From NCBI RefSeq assembly GCF_009914755.1, contig NC_060934.1: 64,000 bases of DNA. One strand, 5' to 3'. Below are positions 53,589 through 64,000 of the stretch, one piece after another. Under the pieces are notes generated by a model. The model made no database searches. It was not told where the DNA came from and was given only the letters and a program-made list of their open reading frames with translations. The DNA comes from the human T2T-CHM13v2.0 reference genome, Homo sapiens. A program made the translations under genes and the position numbers. Position 1 is the first letter of the stretch. Each line of letters opens with the position of its first letter.

Positions 53589-54719
53589 GGTGGGGGTTGG
53601 CACAGGAGGCAGCAGCATGGATGGGACCACACAACTGACCAAATGGGGAGCCTGGACTCCAGGTGCCAGCCCAGTAGAAACCCTATTCAGACCCTGCAGC
53701 CTAGCGTCCTTATGGACCGTGACCCCTGCCTCCCTGAGTGCAGGCTTTCAGTTAATTTATCCTGGGGGCCAAGAGGACACATTGCTCCTTTGAGCTGCAC
53801 AGGCCCCCTCGTATCATGCTGGGGCATCTCCTCACATGGAATTCTTTCTGCACTTCACACCCTCTAGTTCTGGTGAGGGCCCACTGGCGACAGCCCAGAG
53901 TCCACTGGAGCACCCCATCTGCCGCAGGACAGCTCGCAGCCCTGTGGCAGCTTTGCTGACCGCCTATCACCTGGGAAGGTGTGAAATGACTGCAAAGGGG
54001 AATGCTGAGGGTCAGCTCTAAGGACACAGCTGAACTTCCCACAGCCCTTTGAAGTCATTCACTCATCAACAGTATTTGTTGAAAACCTACTATGAATGAG
54101 GCACTGTTCCAGGCAGCAAACAAAATGAAGGTCCCGCTCACATTCTAGAAAAATCAAGCAAAAATAAGGTGTAATGACAGGTGTGATGGATGTTAGGAAG
54201 AGAAAGAGTCAGGATAGAGACATAGAGATTAGAAGAGAAGAGTTGGAAGATGCACTTTTTTAGAAAGGGGGAGGCCAGGAGGGCCATCTTTGAGAAGATG
54301 ATACCTGAGCAGAGATCAGAGAAAGTGAGGATTCAGGGAGAGAATTTCAGATGGAGGAAACATCAAGTGGAAAAGTCTCTTTGCAGAGAGGAGGGGATGG
54401 ACAACAAGAGGAAGGAGAGAAGGAGGACAGAGGAAGAAAGAAGGAAGGAGGAAAGGAAGGGAGGGTGGGAGGAGGCACAATAAAAGATAATAAAGAGGAG
54501 AAACCCAGCCCTGAGGCTGGTACCAGGCATGGGGTTGCACTGGGCTGGTCTCAATAGCCTCTAGGCTCCAGCAGGAAGCTATTGTGTCCTGGACTCCATA
54601 CTCCAGGCCAGTGAGTGTGGGCATCAGGGGGCAGTGGAAATAGCCCGGCATGGGAGGGAGTTGATTGGGTGGGTTAGAGGCTGCCTCTGCCACGTGCCCC
54701 CTGAGGTCCATGGCCAAGC

Positions 54720-55320
54720 CCCTTGCTCCTCTTCTCTGCCTATACTTATTGTGCTGGTCTACACTCACTCTCCTGGTAAGCCCACCTAGTCTCATTGCTT
54801 TGAATACAGTCTATACACTAATGATTGCCCGGTGTTTGGTTCTTGCCCGGACCTTGCTCCCCAATTCTGGACTCACTTAGCCTACTGCCTACTTAGCATT
54901 TCTTCTTGGATGATGATAAGCATCTCAAACCCTGTCTGTCCCAAGCCCAGCTCCCAGCCAGCTGCTCCACCACAGCCTCTTCCGGCTGGGCTGACAGCCT
55001 TGGCCTCCTGTGGATACTCAGGGCCCAAACTGTGGCATCAGACTTGACAACTCTTCTTCCATCCACCCCCAATTAATAAAGCAGACTGACCTTCCCCCAC
55101 ACACTGATGCCCCTTATTTCTCTGCACTTCTCCTCCAATAGCATCTGGCATCTAAATGTAGTTTATGATGCATTACTTGTTATGCTTGCATTTATTATCT
55201 ATCCCCCATTCTCCTCCCCCACCTACCCCAAGACACATGGCCTGTCTGGTTCACTTGTCCATTTCACTTCCTAGCACAGAGTAGGCCCTTGGTCCATACT
55301 AGTTTAATAGATACAGTCTA
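54720..55320 (+). mobile_element. L2 fragment
   Basis: ctactgcctacttagcatttcttcttggatg...catctcaaac; boundaries approximate. Confidence 0.6.
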
Positions 55321-56286
55321 AGCGCTTACAAGGTCAATCCTGATTCCCATGCCCTCAGAAAGGGTCTCAGCTCTCAGCTTTGTCCCAGATTTCATAGCTG
55401 AGAGTCAGCTGCTACATAATCAACTTGACTCACTGTTTTTACATGTACTGTTGAAGGATTTCCAGAATATGAATACGTTTTAAGGGAGAGGTCCCTCAGG
55501 AAAACTCAGGTTGTCACTTGCATACTAAATATTTGTTGGTCACTGAGTGTGTACCCTCTTGGAGACAGGAATGCTTTCCAAATAGACACAGATGATGGCA
55601 CGACGGATTGTTTGACCATGAGAACAAGTGCACTATGGGGCTGGAGAGTGATCAGTAGCATCGCACTTGAGGCCACCTTAACTGGGTTAGGCCAAGGGGA
55701 GAAGGATGGGAGCCAAGGCAAAGAGACGAGATGAAGCAAGGAAACGGCTGGTACTCTGGGAAGAGGTGGGACTAGGCTATGGAGAACACATGGAGGCCAC
55801 TTCTAAGAATCTCCCTTCAGGAAATAAGAACAAGACTTTTGATAGAAACATGCTTATGGTGGTGCCATTTAAAATAGTAAAAAAAAATTAGAAACAACCT
55901 AAATATCTAACAATAGACGAGTGATTAAATAATTAATATGTAATCATAGAATGAAATAAATAATAAACAGAAACTAAAACAAAAAAAAATTATTTCCCAA
56001 AAATGTCAAAAGGCAAAATGCTGAAGATGTCATGTTAGTGAAAGAAACATTTGTCCGTGTGAGCCCTGTGTTCTCTGGCGCACATGCACCCCCATACCCA
56101 GAAAAGAGGAGAGAAAGAACGCCAAGAATATCAGCAACACTGCTCTCTGAAGGGACGGTACTGGACTCTTTTTACTTTCCTTCTTATATGTCTACATAGT
56201 TTTTAAATTCCCTGCAACAGATATAAAATCTATTTCTAACCAGAAAAAAAAGGTACAAACACACATGCATGCACACTCACACTCAA

Positions 56287-56310
56287 ACACACACACACAC
56301 ACACACACAC
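56287..56310. repeat. (CA)n microsatellite
   Basis: Directly visible. Confidence 0.9.
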
Positions 56311-59300
56311 GATTCCGCTTCTTTTCCTCTTAGAGGACAGGGTGGTGGTAGGAGTTATTCACTGGAGCTAGATTTGCCTTTGGCAGTTGCAGATAGAGGA
56401 TACCTGAGAGGTGTCCCCACCACTGCAGACACAGGAATTGGGCAGCAGGTGGAGAGTCTGGTTGCCTGAGGCAGCCAGTGCTGTCCTAGGTCATCTGTGA
56501 GCTCTTTATGCTGTCCCAGAGTGGAATGCAAGAGGTGGCCACTGAGAGTGGGGGAGGAGCAGGCAGCCCAAGGCAGCCATTCCTGTTTCCCTCCAGAGGT
56601 ACTCTATCAGAGCCAGCCCACTCTCAGCCAGCCACAGAGGGCCGTGCTATAAACAACACGTGGCCTGTCGTGAGCGGGTGGCCCGTATTATGGTGCAATA
56701 TGGGGAGGATATGTCAAGCAAAAGCTGAACTTTCTCCCTGCAACCTCCATCCAGAGGTGAAGAACTGTGGGGAAACTGTGGCCTACTTTTTGAAGGAATG
56801 CTTCAGGTTAGTGGAGAAAAAGGGTAGTTTGGGCTCATTGCTTGCATGGAAGGCCCTTGTCTTTCAGAAAATGCTGCAATGTCTAATCCTAAATTTCTTC
56901 TGTAGAAACTTTTCCTAAATTCAGATTTCCTTTTCCTCCTGGAATCTTCATGAGGTTTATCTGAAATCATGACTGAAGCACTAGACACTTCCCCCAATAA
57001 GAGAGATAGCTTTCCTTAGGACTTTGTGCAAACAGACATAACTATTGCCAGGAGAATTGAGAATGATGTGGTCAGGACAGGGCAGCACCCTGGCAGCTTC
57101 TAGATAGGATGGCCACCCACATGTTAGTCATGCCGGCTGTCCCTTTCCTGCTGTGCCTGAAAAGGCCGGTGGGTAGGCTGCAGGGAGCATGGGAGCTGTG
57201 AGGCAAATAGAAGTGAGCCCCACTCCCCTTCATTGCCAACCCAGGTTTAGTCTCATAACACGCCTGAGCCCAGTTTATTGCTCTGCAAAATGGATTGGTC
57301 AATTGCTGGTTGTTTGAAGAGTGAATGAGGTGATAAAAATGTTAGGTGACCAGTGTTCAGTGGGCACTCAACAAAGCCAGTCATCTGGCTTCTACCACCA
57401 GTGGCGGGTGCTGGTGGGGAATGCTGGTGGAGTCACCAGACTGCACCGTCTCCATCACCTCCCTCAAACCAGCTGCTCTGGGCCACTCCCCACTGGTCAG
57501 GAATCTCAGATGGAGGAGTTGGAGAACAATCTTTGCTGATTCCCAAATACAAAGTCTTTGCAACCTTTCAAGCACTGACAAATTATTAATACTAACATTA
57601 CTAGTGATTGCAGAAAAAGAGATGTAATAATAGCTACTTACAGATATAATTATCCCTATACTCACTTTTAATCTCTAGAGCTGGCTACAGTTCAGTCTCC
57701 TCATTCAGTCATCTGTCCAACAATTCCTACTGGAGTTGTACTATGGGTCAGGTCAGTGGATATGCAGTGAGCAAGGCTATACCTTTGTGTTTCTCGTGAA
57801 GCTACCATGTCAAGAGAGAGCAAATAAAAAAAAAAAGAGGGAGAGAGAGAGAAAAAAAAAACCAAGGAGCATTTCAGTTGGTGTAAATGCTCTGCAAATA
57901 ATAATAGCTGATGATGTGACAGAGAATGCCAAAGTCAGAAAGGGCATATCGGTGGGGACGTTGCTAACTCAGACTGAGGTGGGTGGGGAGGTCCTTTCTG
58001 AGAAAGCGACATCTGAGCTGTAACTAGAATGCTAAGAAGAAGCCACATGGAAGGATTTTGGAAAGAACTGACAGGAAGAGGGTGTAAGCTGGAGGTCAAG
58101 GAGGGGAGGGCGAAGAGCTGAGCAAGGGCAGTGCAAGGTGGGCCATGTGCTCATGGGTAGGGGACAACATAAGGCCTTCTATAAGGATAACGCTGGCCGT
58201 GGGGAGGCAGCAGAGGCAGGGAAGGAGAGTGATGGAGACAGGCCAGCTGCAGGCAGGAGAAGAGGGGAGTCTGTGCTGAGGGGCATGGCAGAGGAGGGAC
58301 CATGTGGATCCAGGCTCTGTGGTGGAAGCAGAGCAGATGGAACATTCTTCTAGATTGTATATGTGGACCAGGCAACGAGAAAACCCAAGGGCAGGCTGGA
58401 ACTGCTAGAGGGGCCTAGCACTTCCCATATCTTTTCCTTCCTTTTGCCCAGCACAAAGTCTAAGTACCTCATGTGCATCATCTCATTTAATCTAGTCACT
58501 CCACTTCACAGATGAAACACCCAGGGCCTAGTCAAAGGCGCATGCCTCGACTGGAGCCAGCATCTCTCTGGTGCCCTTTCCCAAGGACTTAGCTGCCATC
58601 TGGCTTTTCCATACAAGCTTGGCTTTACAATGTCAGATGGCTCTCTTGGCCGCCAGTGGCTCTCTTGGCCACCCAGGAAGCTCCTGACTCATCATGTTCT
58701 GCAGATGCTGGCAGGAGCTGAGCTAGATCCTGTGGGAAACTTTCTTCCTAGTCCAGGTCAAGCCCCATCCTTATAGCTCATCCCTCCCTGAAAAAGAAGC
58801 ATGCATGTGTTATTAGACCCAGTTCTAGGGGCTGAGATGAGTTCCATTATATGATACTAGTAGGGAGCTCAGAAACTGAAAAATTGGCAGTGAATTGCAT
58901 TGGCAATGGGCTGAGAGTTGGCGATGGGGCTGGCAACAGAGTAGACATGGGCGTGGTTCAATTGCACACCTTGTGTTCTAGGGTTTCAGGGGCCTGGAAA
59001 CATCATCTAGCTTTCACTCTCTCATCTCTCCGCTGATAGGAAGGGAGAAAGGGCCTGACATCACCCTTGATGCTGGGTAACAGTGAGAGACCATTGGAGG
59101 CCCAAGCAGAAGCTGGAGGCACCAAGCACCAGGCACTAACAAACCGGTCTGCAGACAACCACAGGGCTCAGGGGCCCTGCAGGGTGGACAGCAGCTGTCT
59201 CAGTGCCTCCCATCTCTCCCTGGAGGCTGAGGCTCAAACCCAGAAGGCATGTGATCAGAGCAGCTTACAGGCCTGTCACAGCCCTGTCCTCCTAGACGTG

Positions 59301-60355
59301 TGACTTTGCATAAGTTTCTTAACCTTTCTGAGTCCCCATTTCATTGGCCGGGAGTGTTGTTCCATACTTGGTTCACATAGCATCCGTGTTGTTGATAAAT
59401 GTATGGAGAATTTATTATGTGCCCGACCCTTTGCAAAGCAAAGACACTACCTACTTTTTAGCACATTAAAATGAGGTTCCTCCCTCTGTATGGATTCTGT
59501 GGACCACCCACTATAGGCCAAGTATTTTACAGACATTACAATTGAGTCACAACTGCCTGACATGTCGATTTTCATCTCCACCGGGGGGATACAGCAATTG
59601 AGGCTCAGGGAGGCTGAGAAACTTGTGTGGAGTCACAAAGACTCTAAGTAGAGGGCCTGCCTTTTCCCATTATACCTGTCATAAAAGTTGGGTCTTGAGG
59701 AGTGTGTTCCTGTGTGTCCCATGAAGAATCCCCCTTTGCAAAGCCCAACTTAGCCTAGGGCTTAACCACTTATTAGTGGGTTCTAGTGTTCAGGATAACT
59801 TGTAGAAAAAGTTTACCACCAGACTTCTTAAAACATGGATTGCTCTCCCAACCCCATTACAGTAAGCGGTAATCAGGTTTGTTCTGCTGGGCTGGACCCT
59901 CCTGAACGAAGAAGCAGTCACAGCTTAGTTTCCTTAGAGGGGTGACTGGTCGGGTGAAAGCAAGCAGTTCAAACACATCTCCGCCTAGCCTGTAGAGCAG
60001 CAAAAACACTCACAGAGACCCAGACTTTGGAGAGAGGATCCCGTGTGATCCCCAAAGCACCACTGACTTGCACACCTGCCTTCCCAGGCTCGCCTGTGCC
60101 CTGGCCCCCGAGGATGCCCACTGTGCCCTAGCTAGCTGCCCTTCCTGACTGGGGCTCAGGCAAGCTTCCTCCTCTCCTAAATAATGCATTAGCTGTTGCC
60201 TGGGCTTTGTAAATAAAGCATACTGGGAAAACAGGCATTTCCAAAGCTGCTTACTCAAAGGAGGGGAGAAAGAGAAAAAGTAGAGATCCAAGCAGTTGTT
60301 TGGCACAGTTAAAGTAAATCGATAAGCGCAGGGCCGCCGCCCGAGCAAAACTTAC

Positions 60356-60454
60356 CCTGCTAGTCCCAGCTTCTCCTCCTCAACTGTGAAACTTTGTCAC
60401 CAGGCAACAAGAGACTTAGGACCTGGAGGTCATTAGCACAGTCTTGACACCAGC
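60356..60454 (-). other. Candidate non-coding upstream exon on the - strand (possible LRRC18 5' UTR exon)
   Basis: Minus strand: ccttccgtcctctcactttgCAG|99 nt|AGG-GTAAGT, with strong splice sites at both ends. Confidence 0.5.
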
Positions 60455-61736
60455 CTGCAAAGTGAGAGGACGGAAGGCTGAAAGGGTCTCTAAGACACTC
60501 TAATTTCCCGGCAGCCTGGCTTGCCTGCCACGAGGAGGGAACCCCAGGGCTCACCCCCTGTGATTCCTGCAGTTGGGCTTTTCCTGCTGTTCACCCAGCA
60601 GTCAGTGGGAGAGGATCGAATCAGAGCCCCTGTCTATGGCAACGGCCAAGCGGATGTGGCTACACAGGGAAGAAGCCACACATTTCTCTTAAAAGAGACC
60701 CACATTTCACTTTAATAGCATTCACGAAACATCACTCCCCTTTCTTCGAATTTGTGCAAGTATTTTTTTTCTGCTCTTTGGTTTTTGAGAGGGCTGTCTT
60801 TCATCTATTTATTTGAATTTAATTATTTGTTACTCTTTTGTTTCTCTTTGCACCCTTTTTCCACTGTTAAATCAGAGTAGCTACAATACTCATAAAATCA
60901 TACAGCCCTGTAATCATATTCTCTTACTTGATTGTATGTCATTAAATGCTGATGTGTAGTTTCTGAAATCTGCATCCTGAATGAACACACAGCAGTAAGC
61001 CTTGTGCTTTGCTTTTCCTGCTGTTTCCAGCCTGGCATTATCATGAATAAGGCTGAAATTATCTATTTGTGCATCTATGGTCTTTTTTTTTTTTCAGTTT
61101 TTTTCTTACATTAAATTTCCAGAAATTGAGAAAATGAGGAAAACAAATTAAGTATGAAAATTATTATGCAGATGATAAAGCATTGGAAAAAAATTTGAAA
61201 ATGTATATGCAGAAATAAGAAATTGAAATGCTCTAAATTTTTCCACCTAGTCATAAATTAGAAAATAAATTAACTAGCAAATAAGTGAAATAAGTAATTT
61301 CAAATCCAAAATTAAATTTAAGTAGTAAAAATTTTGGAAAGTACAAAAAAAGCAAAATAAAATGACTTCAATTTAGAAATAAAAACAAAACAAATCATTA
61401 AATGAGAGCTAACTATAACATTTTTTAATACATAAACATTACCATATCATGTTTTAAGTCCAAAAAATAAAATACATAATTTAATGTAGACAGCAAATGG
61501 ATTAAATAAATTTCTGAATGAAGATGACTAGAAAATTAAAAATTACCTCAAATTCTACTACCCAGTATACTTCTAATTAGAATATATGTGAATACATAAT
61601 TTAAAATTGAAATTAAATAATATAAAAATCATAAAGCACATAAAAATAAAATCAATATTTGAAAGAGGAAAATATACAAGATAAATACATTTTAAAATAT
61701 AGGTATGTAAAACCGTATGAAAATTAAAAGCACTCA

Positions 61737-62055
<319 letters not shown>

Positions 62056-62103
62056 TCATAATTTTGGCAACTGGCAGTAACTTTGTATTGTATAAACTTC
62101 AGG

Positions 62104-62372
62104 TTTTGTTTTTTTGAGACATAGTCTCACTCTTGTCACCCAGGCTGGAGTGCAGTGGCACGACCTCGGCTCACTGCAAACTTCACCTCCCGGGTTCGAG
62201 TAGCTGGGATTACAGGCACCCACCACCACGCCTGGCTAATTTTTGTATTTTTAGTAGAGACGAGGTTTTTCCATGTTGGCTAGGCTGGTCTCGAACTCCT
62301 GACCTCAGGTGATCCGCCCACCTCGGCCTCCCAGAGTGTTGGGATTACACGTGTGAGCCACTGTGCCAGCCA
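62104..62372 (-). mobile_element. AluS with an internal deletion of about 25 nt
   Basis: Reverse-strand Alu. cccgggttc|gagtagctggg lacks the consensus segment aagcgattctcctgcctcagcctccc. Confidence 0.9.
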
Positions 62373-64000
62373 ACTTTCAGATTTTTAACGTATGTACAGC
62401 CTCATATTATGGCATAGTTGTACCATAACAATCTGGTCAATTTACTAATGCTCATTTTTTACCATCATGCTGCCAAATATATGCCACTGATTAGTTTGTC
62501 AGGTAGCTGGCATTTCATACATTTGGATGAAGATTTTTGTTTGTTTGCATTTGTTTTCTTCAGTGTCAGGGTCCTGGAGCAAGATCTGGTCCTGGCAGGT
62601 GCTCTGAACAGTCAGCGTGTCGGTGTTTATGCTGGCTGCTCTGTGCCAGGCCTAGGGTAGACACCAACAATGAATTTCACCTCCCTGGCCTGTACACCAC
62701 CTCCTTGCCCCACACCTCCATATCTTCATCTGTTAATGGAAATTATGGTAACCTCATTGGGCCTTTGTGGAAATTAGACAATAGGCAAAAAGTCTTCACA
62801 CTTTCTAACAGGTTAAACAATTAAGTGTTATTATTAGGTCTAGAACTGTATGCAGATTTTCCACGTTAGGGAAATGAAAAGCGATAGGTAGTTATAACAG
62901 AGAGGTTTAATGAGCTGTTCATCCAGCAGGGTGTCTCTGGTTTGAAAGGGTACGTCTGTCTCTACATGGATTTCTAATGCCCTGCCTGGGTTTAAAAAGT
63001 AGAGTCCAGGTTGACCAAGATGTGCTTCTTAGGAGAAATAAATGGGGAGAGAGGGAGTGTGTTTGGCTTCTCACTGAACAACTCTGTCCCTGCCACACTC
63101 TACCCCTGCCACACTCTGCCCCCAGCATCTCCCCAGCTCACACATTCCCTACCCAGGAAGCCTCGCCTGGCAATGGCCAAGCTGGACTATTTTTCTCCTG
63201 TCCTGAGAAATAGCCCACACGCATCAGCAGGCCTGTGTTTCCAGCTTGCCCACATAAGCAAATTTTCTTCTCATTGTGGCTTGCGTATGCCTAGTGCTTC
63301 TTAACTCAAGAAACAAATCCCTCAGTCACTCACTAACCCATTTTACCATGTCCTCAAAACTGTTTTTGCAAATAGGCAACACAACATGGGAGAATTTGGA
63401 GAGGCAGCAGGATTTTGAGATGTGTCTGCATTAGCTCGGGGTCCCAGGTTAACCTGCAGGCCCTCCGTAGTTGTCTGCCATGTTAGGGCTACACCTAGCC
63501 TCCTAGTGCCAGGTGAAGAAGAGGATAGGCAGAGACCCCAGACTCCTTCCAGGGCTGAGAGGGTGCAGCCTTTAGCCAGATGAGTCCCTCGGCTGAGAGC
63601 CTTTGGTCTGGGGTCTAACCCACCATATCTGGAGGCCCAGCCACAGGCTGCTCTGCCAGCCCCCGATGGAGGAAGAGCTCTTGGAACATGCCTCTGGCTC
63701 CTTCCTCTCTGCCACCTGCTCTGGGGGCCTGGTTTCAGGGTAGGGTGGAGGTGCTGTTTGGGTGGAGCTGGCCCAAGGGAGAAGAGTCAAAGCAGGACTA
63801 TGGGGCAACTCAAGGGCACTGATGCTGTGCAGTGTGGGGTAGGGAAGGCCCTAAGGCCACATGGCAGTAGCGCTCAAGCTTCTGAAGCTCGTCTGGGGGG
63901 GTAAAGGACAGAGATTTGGTTAAAAATGAAGCAGGATGGGTGTAAATGACCCCTGAAAATAAGGAAGAACTTGAACTACCCACGACGTCCTGATTCAGAG

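Noticed and set aside
54621-54637. CTCF-like GCATCAGGGGGCAGTG (also partial matches near 33540 and 58648)
   Set aside because: Mismatches in the 5' core; cannot be supported without a PWM score or ChIP data.

Overview
Primate DNA, almost certainly human (Alu, L1PA, MST and MLT repeats; proteins match human sequences as I recall them), from the WDFY4/LRRC18 locus on chr10q11. Six + strand coding exons of WDFY4 (294-345, 2238-2404, 15786-15934, 22661-22781, 25428-25513, 27008-27070) have canonical AG/GT ends and join in one open frame. They encode the acidic linker and the BEACH-type PH domain. I found no further canonical WDFY4 exon after 27070, so the remaining ~37 kb appears to be one large intron. 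Nested in it on the - strand is LRRC18 (main coding exon 38598-39361 plus a 22-nt last coding exon 35443-35464, 261 aa in total). The rest is mostly interspersed repeats, including an old ~6-7 kb L1M carrying five later insertions. I see no new multi-gene system. The best leads concern RNA processing: (1) a candidate 13-nt poison microexon at 6191-6203; (2) a candidate alternative terminal WDFY4 exon at 35739 onward, inside the LRRC18 intron, that would remove BEACH and WD40; (3) a stop codon inside the LRRC18 donor site, an LTR-derived poly(A) signal, a uORF and a CRE palindrome at LRRC18; (4) a candidate distal LRRC18 5' exon at 60356-60454. Repeat boundaries and subfamilies were assigned by eye and are approximate.
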